64,000 nt of DNA, taken from NCBI GenBank assembly GCA_001871905.1, contig MNUG01000019.1:40752-104751 (forward strand). Reading direction: 5' to 3'. Positions 32,517 to 41,925 of this stretch are shown here, one piece after another (positions within the stretch are counted from its first letter, which is position 1; the number at the start of each line of letters is the position of its first letter). The stretch is from Alphaproteobacteria bacterium CG1_02_46_17 (GTDB lineage Bacteria > Pseudomonadota > Alphaproteobacteria > Micavibrionales > Micavibrionaceae). The notes under the pieces are model-generated. The model searched no databases. It saw nothing but the letters and a program-made list of their open reading frames with translations, and was not told the DNA's origin. Position numbers and translations under genes: made by a program.

Positions 32517-33137
32517 ATGTCCGTTGTTAAAAATTTGAAAGCAGCCCTGAACTGGCAGATGGTTCTGGCTGCTTTTTTTATTCTCTTGCCGACGGTTCTG
32601 GGATTTTATCACGGTGTGCAGGGTCGAATTGTTATTGCTGATCCTGAGATGAGCGATCAGAATTTTTCAAAAACGGTATTATATATGTTTGATCACCAAT
32701 GGTATTCGGCTAAGGCTTTGGTGGTTAATCGTGGATATAAAGACATTGATGATATTCCTGCCTATTTGAGAGGGAGGCATTTTCCTGTTTATTGGGGAGG
32801 ACCTGTCGAGGATAAAGACCGTGTTTTTATTCTTGATCTGATACCGGAGACAGGGGGAACACCCGTTGCTCTCAAATTTGATGAGATCGTTAAAGAAAAT
32901 CCTGATATTTTGCAGCAAGTCGAAAAAAATCCGGAACGTTACCGTGTTTTTGTCGGATATACAGGATGGGGATTCTTGCAGTTTGAATCTGAAAAGGAAT
33001 CTGGTGGTTGGAAGGTGACCCCTTATTTGTCGTTTGTTTTTGATAATAAGCTATCGCCGAATGATTTGTGGGATGAAGTCTTGAAATATTCTGACGATAA
33101 AAAGAAACCCCACATTCTTGAGCGCCAAAAAAGTTAA
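32517..33137 (+). CDS. YqgE/AlgH-family (DUF179) protein with N-terminal hydrophobic segment
   Basis: 206 aa from the ATG at 32517. DQNFSKTVLYMFDH...ALVVNRG and WGGPVE resemble YqgE/AlgH. The N-terminus MVLAAFFILLPTVLGFY looks like a TM helix or signal anchor. Confidence 0.65.
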   Translation: MSVVKNLKAALNWQMVLAAFFILLPTVLGFYHGVQGRIVIADPEMSDQNFSKTVLYMFDHQWYSAKALVVNRGYKDIDDIPAYLRGRHFPVYWGGPVEDKDRVFILDLIPETGGTPVALKFDEIVKENPDILQQVEKNPERYRVFVGYTGWGFLQFESEKESGGWKVTPYLSFVFDNKLSPNDLWDEVLKYSDDKKKPHILERQKS

Positions 33138-33267
33138 ATTTCTGAACTGGTTATGTTTACAAGCTTCCTGAATCAGTTCAGTATGCAGAGAAATAGGCTC
33201 CTATTGTTTTTAATCTAATTTTTTTGGGTGAATTCGCTTGACGGCGGTGAGTCGTCTGTGATTCTCT

Positions 33268-33588
33268 ATGTATATGAAGCAGTTACTTGAACATCGTTAT
33301 CTTGTTCGTAAGAATCTCCTGACAATTCTGGGGATAGGACTGTGTTTTTATTTTTCATATCATTTAATTGCGGGCCAAAGAAGCTATATTCGCTATCTCG
33401 CTTTGCAACAGAATATCCAGACTTTGCAGGTGGAAAACCACAAATTGAGGGAAGAGCGTGAAGCTCTTGAAACCCGCGTGGCCATGTTACGTCCAGCCTC
33501 GATTAATAAGGATCTTTTGGAAGAACGGGCGAGGATTGTCCTTGGTTTCCGCCAGAAGGATGAGATGGATATTTTGTATTCTAGATAA
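33268..33588 (+). CDS. ftsB: cell division protein FtsB / septum formation initiator family
   Basis: 106 aa with one N-terminal TM, a coiled coil (LQQNIQTLQVENHKLREEREALE) and LLEERARIVLG. It holds the conserved position between eno and pdhA. Confidence 0.75.
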   Translation: MYMKQLLEHRYLVRKNLLTILGIGLCFYFSYHLIAGQRSYIRYLALQQNIQTLQVENHKLREEREALETRVAMLRPASINKDLLEERARIVLGFRQKDEMDILYSR

Positions 33589-33763
33589 TACATAATTATT
33601 TGTTGTGCTTTTCCATGTTTATTTTTGAGCTTTTGCCCATTGCTTTAAAAAGATTCCTCTTTCTTTTTAGTATGTTGCGCCGCACAACTGCGCGGTTTTT
33701 TCTTGGCTGGAATGTGAAAATCGTGTAGCTGTTCACTTGAAAAAAGTTAAGTGAGGTTATTCC

Positions 33764-34831
33764 GTGTCATCGAAATCCGAAAAGGGCCAAAAGAAGGATC
33801 AAATGAAAAAAGCAAATTTGAAAGCTGTGCCTGCGCCAGCCGATTTGTCCAATAGCGCAAAATTGCCGTCTGAAGACGAGCTCAAGAAATTCTACCATGA
33901 TATGTTGTTGATACGACGCTTTGAAGAAAAAGCGGGTCAACTTTATGGCATGGGTTTGATCGGTGGTTTTTGCCACCTTTATATTGGTGAAGAAGCGGTT
34001 GTAACCGGTCTTCAATCTGTGATGAAAAAGGGACTGGATACAGCAGTCACAGCGTATCGTAACCATGGACATATGTTGGTCAGTGGCATTGGTGCAAATG
34101 AAGTGATGGCAGAGCTTACAGGACGTGCGGGGGGATGTTCTCGTGGTAAAGGTGGGTCAATGCACATGTTCTCAATCGAGAACGGTTTTTTTGGTGGTCA
34201 CGGCATCGTTGGTGCACAGGTATCTATTGGCCTTGGTCTAGCATTCTCGCACAAATATAAAAATGATGGCGGGGTTAGTGTTGTTTATATGGGGGATGGT
34301 GCTGCCAACCAAGGGCAGGTTGCCGAAAGTTATAACATGGCCGCGTTGTGGAAGTTGCCGGCCCTTTTTGTTATCGAGAACAACCAATACAGTATGGGCA
34401 CATCTGTACCACGCCATGCCGCAGGTGAATTTTATCGTCGTGGTGAAGGATTTGGAATTAAAGGTGAGAAAGTTGACGGCATGGATATTCTTGCTGTTCG
34501 TGAAGCTGCCAGCCGTGCGATGGATGATATACGTTCCGGTAATGGCCCGTATATTCTGGAGATCGTAACATATCGTTACCGTGGGCATTCTATGTCCGAT
34601 CCTCAGAAATATCGCACCAAGGATGAAGTCGGGGGATATAAGCACCGTGACCCGATCGAACATGTGAAAAAACTTCTTGAAACCGAATATGGCGTGACAG
34701 AAGACGATTTGAAACCGATTGACAAAGAAATCAAAGATGTCGTCAAGGAAGCTGCCGATTTTGCGCAAGCCTCTCCATTGCCGGATGATTCCGACTTGTG
34801 GACGGATGTTTTGATTGCGGTTGAAGAGTAA
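33764..34831 (+). CDS. pdhA: pyruvate dehydrogenase E1 component alpha subunit
   Basis: 355 aa with a GTG start preceded by a GTGAGG Shine-Dalgarno. It carries the TPP-binding GDGAANQG...NN motif and YRYRGHSMSDP. Confidence 0.95.
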   Translation: MSSKSEKGQKKDQMKKANLKAVPAPADLSNSAKLPSEDELKKFYHDMLLIRRFEEKAGQLYGMGLIGGFCHLYIGEEAVVTGLQSVMKKGLDTAVTAYRNHGHMLVSGIGANEVMAELTGRAGGCSRGKGGSMHMFSIENGFFGGHGIVGAQVSIGLGLAFSHKYKNDGGVSVVYMGDGAANQGQVAESYNMAALWKLPALFVIENNQYSMGTSVPRHAAGEFYRRGEGFGIKGEKVDGMDILAVREAASRAMDDIRSGNGPYILEIVTYRYRGHSMSDPQKYRTKDEVGGYKHRDPIEHVKKLLETEYGVTEDDLKPIDKEIKDVVKEAADFAQASPLPDDSDLWTDVLIAVEE

Positions 34832-35568
34832 TGTCTATGCTCAAAAAAATTAAGTTGGTTTCACTTCTTAGTCTTGCCGTTATTGTCGTGGGATTGAGTT
34901 CATGTTCAGAACCTGAGCCTGCAAAGGTGGATATATATGGAGAGAGTATCTATATCCCTGATATGGAAGGGTATGTCACGGTTTCTAAGAATGAGACGAA
35001 GCTGCTCGAATTTTTTAAGAACTTTGTTCCTAGTACCAATATTCTCTTGGAAGCATATATTGAAGAATCTGATCTTAACGGATTAAAATCTGGAGATTCT
35101 AGTTCTTTGCAGAGTTATGCCACGCTACAAACGGCTGACGCTTTAATCGGTGGGAAATTTATCTCTGATGAAGATTTTCAGGGTATCAAAGGAGAGCTTT
35201 CGAAAAATCTTGATAATTTAGAAGATGCGTATCGTGAAGACATTGATCGTGAAATTGGTAACATGAACAAGAGAATCCAGGAAAACTATAATGTTGATTC
35301 TTCTGTCGATGTCGGTGAGACCAAGTCATTGAAGAAAATTCTGGATACGCAAAATTCTCAAGGAGTGATAAATATCTCAAATGTCTCCGGAAATGGTGTG
35401 AGCAAGAAGATGCTATCTTCAGTGACGTTTATCCATATGAAGAACCGTATTATCTATATGTATTGCTACAAGTTGTACAAATCAGATGCCGATATTGATG
35501 ATTTAGAGAAAAGAACCGAAAAATTTTATAACGCGCTGCTGCAAGCTAATGTTGCTTCTGCGCTTTAG
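34831..35568 (+). CDS. hypothetical lipoprotein inserted between pdhA and pdhB
   Basis: 245 aa with a lipobox (LSLAVIVVGLSS/C). Its ATG shares one base with the pdhA TAA (TAATG). I recognise no family. Hand counts of 100-nt samples give about 33-41% GC, against about 52% in pdhA. Confidence 0.65.
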   Translation: MSMLKKIKLVSLLSLAVIVVGLSSCSEPEPAKVDIYGESIYIPDMEGYVTVSKNETKLLEFFKNFVPSTNILLEAYIEESDLNGLKSGDSSSLQSYATLQTADALIGGKFISDEDFQGIKGELSKNLDNLEDAYREDIDREIGNMNKRIQENYNVDSSVDVGETKSLKKILDTQNSQGVINISNVSGNGVSKKMLSSVTFIHMKNRIIYMYCYKLYKSDADIDDLEKRTEKFYNALLQANVASAL

Positions 35569-35593
35569 AGTTTAATTTTAAGAGGAAATAAAA

Positions 35594-37018
35594 ATGTCTG
35601 TACAAGTTTTAATGCCTGCGTTGTCTCCGACTATGACCGAAGGAAATTTGGCGCGTTGGCTCAAAAAAGAAGGCGATGTCGTCAAAGCAGGTGATGTGAT
35701 TGCCGAGATTGAAACCGATAAAGCCACTATGGAAGTTGAAGCCGTTGACGAAGGGATTTTGGGAAAAATTCTGGTGTCCGAAGGCGCTCAGGGGGTGGCA
35801 GTGAATACACCGATTGCGATGTTGCTTGAAGATGGTGAGAGTGAAGTGTCTGATGCTCCCGCTGCTTTGGTCGATATTCCATGCGTACCGAATGCTGCTC
35901 CTGTCTCAAGTGAAGTTATGACGACATCTGTGGCATCTCAGCCAGCTGGTAAGGCGATTGCGAATCGTGATGTTTTATATGCACAAGGCGTTGTGGTGGA
36001 GCCCCCACCGTTTGATGAAGCCCCTTTCCTTGAAAAGACCGAACCGATGCAAGTGCGTGAAGCTTTGCGTGCGGCAATGAGCGAGGAAATGCGCCGTGAT
36101 GAAACAGTATTTTTGTTGGGTGAGGAAGTTGCCGAATATAACGGGGCTTACAAGGTCTCCCAAGGGATGCTGGACGAGTTTGGTGCTGGACGTGTTATTG
36201 ATAGCCCGATTACCGAACATGCGTTTACAGGGCTTGGTGTTGGTGCTGCGATGAACGGCCTTCGTCCGATTATCGAATTTATGAGTTGGGATTTTGGGAT
36301 GCAGGCGATGGATCAGATCATCAACTCTGCAGCCAAGACATTATATATGGCTGGCGGCAAGTTGGGTTGTCCGGTTGTGTTCCGTGGGCAAAACGGTGCG
36401 CCTGGTAAAGTTGGTGCGCAGCATTCGGGTTGTTATGCGTCATGGTATGCACATGTTCCGGGTTTGAAAGTTGTGGCGCCTTGGTCGGGCGCCGATGCCA
36501 AAGGTCTTTTGAAGGCTGCTATTCGTGACCCTAACCCTGTTATTTTTCTGGAACATGAATTGATGTATGGTCAGATATTCGAGATGCCTACCTCCGAAGA
36601 CTATGTTATTCCTTTGGGACGCGCGAAAATTGAACGCGAGGGAACAGATGTCACTTTGGTGTCTTTCTCGATCATGGTTGGAAAATGTATGGAAGCGGCT
36701 AAGAAGCTGGAAAAACAGGGCATTAGTGCCGAGGTTATTAACCTGCGCACTATTCGTCCGATTGACCGTTATACCATTCTTGAAAGTGTCAAGAAAACCA
36801 ACCGGATTGTCTCAGTTGAAGAAGGCTGGCCATTTGCCGGTATTGGTGCAGAAATTTGTGCCATGGTGAATGAACATGCATTCGATTATCTGGATGCACC
36901 TGTCGGCCGCGTTTGTGCCGCCGATGTACCAACGCCTTATGCAACCAATCTGGAGACATTGTCTGTGCCGCAGGTTGATGAAATTGTCCATGCCGCAAAA
37001 AAAGTTTGTTACAGATAA
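35594..37018 (+). CDS. pdhB: pyruvate dehydrogenase E1 component beta subunit with N-terminal lipoyl domain
   Basis: 474 aa. An N-terminal lipoyl domain ([15 protein letters not shown]) and linker precede the transketolase-like E1-beta body. Confidence 0.95.
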   Translation: MSVQVLMPALSPTMTEGNLARWLKKEGDVVKAGDVIAEIETDKATMEVEAVDEGILGKILVSEGAQGVAVNTPIAMLLEDGESEVSDAPAALVDIPCVPNAAPVSSEVMTTSVASQPAGKAIANRDVLYAQGVVVEPPPFDEAPFLEKTEPMQVREALRAAMSEEMRRDETVFLLGEEVAEYNGAYKVSQGMLDEFGAGRVIDSPITEHAFTGLGVGAAMNGLRPIIEFMSWDFGMQAMDQIINSAAKTLYMAGGKLGCPVVFRGQNGAPGKVGAQHSGCYASWYAHVPGLKVVAPWSGADAKGLLKAAIRDPNPVIFLEHELMYGQIFEMPTSEDYVIPLGRAKIEREGTDVTLVSFSIMVGKCMEAAKKLEKQGISAEVINLRTIRPIDRYTILESVKKTNRIVSVEEGWPFAGIGAEICAMVNEHAFDYLDAPVGRVCAADVPTPYATNLETLSVPQVDEIVHAAKKVCYR

Positions 37019-37030
37019 GAGGTTCTCAAA

Positions 37031-38308
37031 ATGCCAGTTAATATTTTAATGCCAGCTTTATCACCCACCATGACCGAAGGGACTTTGTCCAAATGGTTGA
37101 AACAAGAAGGTGATGAGATTAAGGCTGGTGAAGTTATTGCCGAGATTGAAACAGATAAAGCCACGATGGAAGTTGAGGCTGTTGATGAAGGCAAGTTGGG
37201 CAAGATTTTGATTTCTTCCGGAACGGCTGGCGTGGCTGTGAATACGCCGATTGCAGTTTTGTTGGAAGAGGGGGAAGATGCTTCTGCAATTAAGCTGGGT
37301 GAGGCGGCTAACACCAATCCACATGCGGCGCCTGTAGCTGCTCCCCCTTCAGTTTCTTCTTTGTCACTTGCGGTTGATGCCCCTCAAACAGAAAAAGGTG
37401 ATCGTGTGTTTGCATCTCCTTTGGCTCGTCGTGTAGCGGAGCAAAAAGGCATTGATTTGAAATCTGTGCAAGGGACTGGCCCTCATGGTCGTATCGTGAA
37501 GGCGGATGTCGAGAATGCCAAGGCTGGCGTGCCTGCGCCTGCGTCCGTTGCTTCTGCTCCGGTTTCTTCTTCAGTTCCTTCTTCTGGGCCGAATGCCAGA
37601 CAGTTGGCCGATATGCTGGGCATGGAATATGAAGCTATTCCAAACAATAACATCAAAAAAGTGACCGCGCGTCGTTTAACCGAAGCCAAACAGGTTATTC
37701 CGCATTTCTACCTCTCTGTTGATTGTGTGCTGGATAATTTGCTTAAGGCACGCGCAGAGATTAACAATGCTGCTGATGGTGCATTCAAACTTTCCGTGAA
37801 TGACTTTATCATCAAAGCCAATGCGATGGCTCTTAAAGCCTATCCGGCGGCAAATACATCATGGACGGATGATGCTGTTATCCAATATAAGCATGCAGAT
37901 ATTTCGGTTGCTGTTGCTACTCCTAATGGTTTGATTACACCGATTATCAAAGCGGCAGAAACCAAATCGCTGCGCGAAATATCCAACGAGATGAAGGATC
38001 TGGCGAAACGTGCCAAGGAAGGCAAGTTGAAACCAACAGAGTTCCAAGGTGGTTCCTTCTCGATTTCAAACTTAGGGATGTTTGGCGTGAAGAATTTCCA
38101 AGCGATCGTCAACCCGCCACAAAGCTGCATTATGGCTGTCGGGGCAGGGGAAGAACGAGTTGTCGTCGAGAACGGCCAGATGGTTGTCCGTACTGTGATG
38201 ACGGTTACGCTTTCGACCGACCACCGGTCTGTAGATGGAGCAGTCGGGGCCGAGTTCATGCAACACTTTAAGCGGTTTATAGAAAATCCGGTATTGATGT
38301 TGGCTTAG
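37031..38308 (+). CDS. pdhC: dihydrolipoamide acetyltransferase (PDH E2)
   Basis: 425 aa with a lipoyl domain, a peripheral subunit-binding domain ([16 protein letters not shown]) and a catalytic domain with the DHRSVDG active site. Confidence 0.95.
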   Translation: MPVNILMPALSPTMTEGTLSKWLKQEGDEIKAGEVIAEIETDKATMEVEAVDEGKLGKILISSGTAGVAVNTPIAVLLEEGEDASAIKLGEAANTNPHAAPVAAPPSVSSLSLAVDAPQTEKGDRVFASPLARRVAEQKGIDLKSVQGTGPHGRIVKADVENAKAGVPAPASVASAPVSSSVPSSGPNARQLADMLGMEYEAIPNNNIKKVTARRLTEAKQVIPHFYLSVDCVLDNLLKARAEINNAADGAFKLSVNDFIIKANAMALKAYPAANTSWTDDAVIQYKHADISVAVATPNGLITPIIKAAETKSLREISNEMKDLAKRAKEGKLKPTEFQGGSFSISNLGMFGVKNFQAIVNPPQSCIMAVGAGEERVVVENGQMVVRTVMTVTLSTDHRSVDGAVGAEFMQHFKRFIENPVLMLA

Positions 38309-38326
38309 CACAGAAAAGAGAACAAC

Positions 38327-38626
38327 ATGTCTTCTCAACAAAAAGGCGATCTCGTCAATCTTACGCAAGATCAGCTTTACTCGGATGATTTCCTGCTTCA
38401 AGCTTTTGGCGAAGCTGTGCAGGGGCGTATTACTAAAGCACGAGAATATGTTGTCAGCGTATGCAAAAATGATGCCGAGAGCTTGACGAGCATTTGGGAA
38501 GTCTTCTGTTGCAAGTTTGATCGCGATACGGGACTCAAGAGAGTTCAGGTTTTGGCTGAAAGTGATGAGAATGTAAATCGATATATTAAAGCTGTAGGCC
38601 AAGATGCTGCCGGTGCTTATATATAG
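38327..38626 (+). CDS. small hypothetical protein (paralog A)
   Basis: 99 aa with no TM or signal peptide. It shares a core with the next ORF (FGEAVQGR...SIWEVFC against FGEEAAGR...AVWREMC). Confidence 0.5.
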   Translation: MSSQQKGDLVNLTQDQLYSDDFLLQAFGEAVQGRITKAREYVVSVCKNDAESLTSIWEVFCCKFDRDTGLKRVQVLAESDENVNRYIKAVGQDAAGAYI

Positions 38627-38657
38627 AGTTGTTAATCTAAATTTTATAGAGGTGCGT

Positions 38658-38927
38658 ATGTTAAAAGAGTTTGTTCCTGTGCAGATTGGTCAGGATGATT
38701 TTTATCGTAATGAATATCTGGTCGAGCTTTTCGGAGAAGAGGCGGCTGGTCGTGTGGTCGAAATCAGAGATTCAATGTTAAGTATGATCGGAACGCAGAC
38801 GGAAGCCGCTTTGTCTGCAGTTTGGCGCGAGATGTGCGAGAAGCCATATACTGCAAATGATTGGCCGGCTGCGAATGCTATCGCAGCTTCAAAAAAATAT
38901 TACAAAGAATTCCAGTTAGCCTTTTAA
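38658..38927 (+). CDS. small hypothetical protein (paralog B)
   Basis: 89 aa from the ATG at 38658, with an AGAGGTG Shine-Dalgarno upstream. It is a paralog of the preceding ORF by hand alignment. Confidence 0.5.
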   Translation: MLKEFVPVQIGQDDFYRNEYLVELFGEEAAGRVVEIRDSMLSMIGTQTEAALSAVWREMCEKPYTANDWPAANAIAASKKYYKEFQLAF

Positions 38928-38978
38928 TTTTTATCAAGATATGAACCACCCATTTTGCGGTGGTCAGGAGATTTTCAA

Positions 38979-40382
38979 GTGAGTGATAAAATATTTGACG
39001 TGATTGTTATTGGTGGTGGCCCCGGTGGTTATGTGGCGGCGATCCGTGCAGCGCAGTTGGGAATGAAAACCGCAGTGGTTGAAGCCAATCATCTGGGTGG
39101 GATTTGCCTCAACTGGGGATGTATTCCAACCAAGGCCCTACTACGTTCTGCAGAAGTGTTTCATTTAATGAATCATGCAGATGCGTTTGGTTTGTCTTGT
39201 GAGAAGCCATCTTTTGATTTGAAAAAAATTGTCGAACGGTCTCGCGGAGTCTCCAAACAATTGTCTGGAGGGATAGGCCATTTGCTCAAGAAAAACAAAG
39301 TCACTGTTTTTGATGCCTATGGGCGCTTGAAAGGCAAAGGTCAGGTCGAGATCGAGATGACCAAAGACAAGGCAAAGGATGTTTTGACGGGTAAGCATAT
39401 TATTGTGGCAACGGGCGCGCGTGCGCGTGTCCTTCCTGGTTTGGAGCCTGACGGGAAGCTGGTTTGGACGTATCGTGAAGCAATGGTTCCTGACATGATG
39501 CCTAAATCCTTGCTGGTTGTTGGGTCTGGAGCGATTGGAATTGAATTTGCGTCTTTCTATCGGACTTTGGGTGCAGAAGTTACTGTCGTTGAGTTGATGG
39601 ACCGTATTATGCCTGTTGAAGACGAGGAGATTTCCGGTCTGGCACGTAAATCTTTTGAAAAGCAGGGCATGAAAATCATGACTGGCGCAAAAGTAACTAA
39701 GCTTGAAAAAGGTAAAGAAAATGTTGTTTGCCATGTTGATGTTGGTGGCAAGGTTGAGAAAATTACTGTTGATCGAGTGATCTCGGCTGTGGGTATTGTT
39801 GCCAATATCGAGGATATCGGTTTGGATAAAACCAAGGTTAAGACAGATCGCGGTCATATTGTTACGGGGCCTTATTCCGAAACGGACGAGTCAGGCGTTT
39901 ACGCAATTGGTGATGTGGCCGGTGCGCCGTGGTTGGCTCATAAAGCCTCTCACGAGGGAATTATTTGTATCGAGAAGATTGCAGGGTTGAAGGATGTTCA
40001 TCCTCTCAAGAAAAACGAAATTCCGGGGTGTACTTATGCCCATCCGCAAGTCGCGTCTATTGGTTTAACTGAAGCTAAAGCCAAAGAAGCTGGTCACGAT
40101 GTTAAAGTCGGGCGTTTCCCCTTTGTCGGAAATGGCAAGGCAATTGCTTTGGGTGAGCCAGAAGGCCTGGTTAAAACCATTTTTGATGCAAAAACAGGGG
40201 CGTTACTCGGCGCCCATATGATTGGTGCAGAAGTAACGGAAATGATCCAAGGGTTTGCAATCGGCATGACGCTCGAGACAACCGAAGCCGAGTTGATGCA
40301 TACTGTCTTCCCGCATCCGACATTGTCCGAGATGATGCATGAGTCTGTATTGTCAGCCTACGGTAAGGCTGTACATTTCTAG
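38979..40382 (+). CDS. lpdA: dihydrolipoyl dehydrogenase (E3)
   Basis: FAD motif VIVIGGGPGGY, redox disulfide GGICLNWGCIPTK, NAD motif VVGSGAIGIEF and C-terminal HPTLSE. I chose the GTG at 38979 (CAGGAG Shine-Dalgarno upstream); the ORF track starts at TTG 38955. Confidence 0.95.
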   Translation: MSDKIFDVIVIGGGPGGYVAAIRAAQLGMKTAVVEANHLGGICLNWGCIPTKALLRSAEVFHLMNHADAFGLSCEKPSFDLKKIVERSRGVSKQLSGGIGHLLKKNKVTVFDAYGRLKGKGQVEIEMTKDKAKDVLTGKHIIVATGARARVLPGLEPDGKLVWTYREAMVPDMMPKSLLVVGSGAIGIEFASFYRTLGAEVTVVELMDRIMPVEDEEISGLARKSFEKQGMKIMTGAKVTKLEKGKENVVCHVDVGGKVEKITVDRVISAVGIVANIEDIGLDKTKVKTDRGHIVTGPYSETDESGVYAIGDVAGAPWLAHKASHEGIICIEKIAGLKDVHPLKKNEIPGCTYAHPQVASIGLTEAKAKEAGHDVKVGRFPFVGNGKAIALGEPEGLVKTIFDAKTGALLGAHMIGAEVTEMIQGFAIGMTLETTEAELMHTVFPHPTLSEMMHESVLSAYGKAVHF

Positions 40383-40392
40383 AGGAACAGGA

Positions 40393-40845
40393 ATGACTCT
40401 TTCCAAGAGAGATAAAGTGAAGGTCAGGGGTGTTGCTGCACTCCTGATCTTTTTGCTTTTGATGGTGGGATCGTTCTGGCTTGAGAAGGGTGGAGCGCGC
40501 GCGGTTGTTCTTCCCAAACAGGTGGTTTTGGAGTGGTCTTCGACACGGGATATGAGCTCGGAGGAGAATGCGCAGCATCATTTTGAGAAACATGGAAAAG
40601 AATTTGATTTTCATAACGAAAAAGTCTATGTTTAGGCAGCCAATGATTTTGTGAGCGATCCTCCTGAGGGGACTTTGACGGTACGTCAGCAGGATGGAGA
40701 TGAAGTTTTTTACAATCCGTCAAAAAATTGGTTTGCTGTTGTGAGTTATAAGGGGCAGATCCGGACATTTTTCCGGCTTGATCCCAAAATTCACGGATAT
40801 AAGAGCAATGTCGAATATTTTAACGCGCAGGCTAGTAAGCGTTAG
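40393..40845 (+). pseudogene. membrane-anchored small protein split by an in-frame TAG (40633-40635); unknown, possibly toxin-like domain
   Basis: ORFs 40393-40635 and 40651-40845 share one reading frame and are separated only by TAG plus 5 sense codons. Joined, the product is about 150 aa with an N-terminal TM (VAALLIFLLLMVGSFWL), an HHFEKHGKEF motif and a beta-rich C-terminal half (...GQIRTFFRL...). Confidence 0.45.
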
Positions 40846-40900
40846 AGACTCGTCTAATTGCCAAAAAATAATATGACTTTATATTGAACAGGTTACTCAT

Positions 40901-41881
40901 ATGTCTGACATTCCGCCGTCTCCACCTTCATTGCCATCTCTCGGGTCTGATTTTTTGCGTGCTGCGCAAAATCAAGACCGGCAAATTATTTTTCCAGTCC
41001 TTTTTCCGGTTCCTGAGGGTCGTAGCCCTGTTGAAGAAATTCAGGCCGAAGCAATTTATAGACAATATGAATTTTATGCCGAACAAATTCCCGGAGCTTC
41101 TTTGTTATCGCATATAGAGAATGAGGCGGCTATCAGCTGTGTTGTTAATTTGCAGGATAACACTGAATCTTTCTGGGAAACATATGAGGATGCTTTAGAC
41201 TTATTAAGGGATAATATTAATGAATTCTGGATTCAATATGATCGCCAGATGCAAAGTTCAGGCCCTCTTGATGATCCAGAAATCAGTTTCGAAGATGATG
41301 ACCTAGATGATCACGAAAGATTGAGAAATGAGCAATCTGAAAATCATATTCGTTATTATGGAGATCCTGAGCGAGATCCATCTGCGAAATATATTCTTGA
41401 TTTGATCGATGTCCTCAAAGGGATAACAAATCCCTTTGATGCCATGTTTGAAGTCGAAATGTACAATGATAATGGAGGTTTGCAGGGCAAATGGTCTGTG
41501 GAACGAGACAAATATTTTGATGTGAATGCTCCATTAGGTGGTATCGGATTTTATTATCAAAGATTGATGTCAGGTGCCTTTCTTCCAGTTATGGACTCTT
41601 GCGTTGAACCTGAAGTTATGGCTCATGCTTTTGTAACATTTGCAGTCGGGGAGGCCATTGAATATCATCAGTATCAAAAGAAGAACATTGAAAATGCCAT
41701 AGGCTACACAGCAGATCTCGGTGATTTAATGGATTACTTCTGGTGGTTAAAAAATGATGGGTTAAAAGGACTTAGTGTTCTACAGGGCTATTCAGATCGT
41801 GCATCTGATCGTGCAAGTAAACAGATTGTAGATGAAGCGATCCAAAAAATGCTGAGTGGGTCAAGTCCAGAGCGTAAGTAA
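40901..41881 (+). CDS. acidic hypothetical protein (large paralog 1)
   Basis: 326 aa, Asp/Glu-rich, with no TM or signal peptide. I recognise no family. It shows weak colinear similarity to the next ORF. Confidence 0.6.
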   Translation: MSDIPPSPPSLPSLGSDFLRAAQNQDRQIIFPVLFPVPEGRSPVEEIQAEAIYRQYEFYAEQIPGASLLSHIENEAAISCVVNLQDNTESFWETYEDALDLLRDNINEFWIQYDRQMQSSGPLDDPEISFEDDDLDDHERLRNEQSENHIRYYGDPERDPSAKYILDLIDVLKGITNPFDAMFEVEMYNDNGGLQGKWSVERDKYFDVNAPLGGIGFYYQRLMSGAFLPVMDSCVEPEVMAHAFVTFAVGEAIEYHQYQKKNIENAIGYTADLGDLMDYFWWLKNDGLKGLSVLQGYSDRASDRASKQIVDEAIQKMLSGSSPERK

Positions 41882-41925
41882 AAGTCACTTGAAGAAAAGA
41901 AGCTTTATAACAGGGAATGTAAAAC

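Noticed and set aside
33680-33715. Possible terminator after ftsB (GCGCCGCACAACTGCGCGG followed by TTTTTT)
   Set aside because: Only 4-5 bp can pair, which is too weak to call. It may still attenuate read-through into pdhA.
40633-40635. Possibility that the in-frame TAG is a recoded sense codon (for example pyrrolysine or a suppressor)
   Set aside because: TAG is used as an ordinary stop for conserved genes in this window (coaX at 1059-1061, lpxB at 20684-20686). I saw no pyl genes or recoding signals. A nonsense mutation or a genuine two-gene split is the simpler reading.
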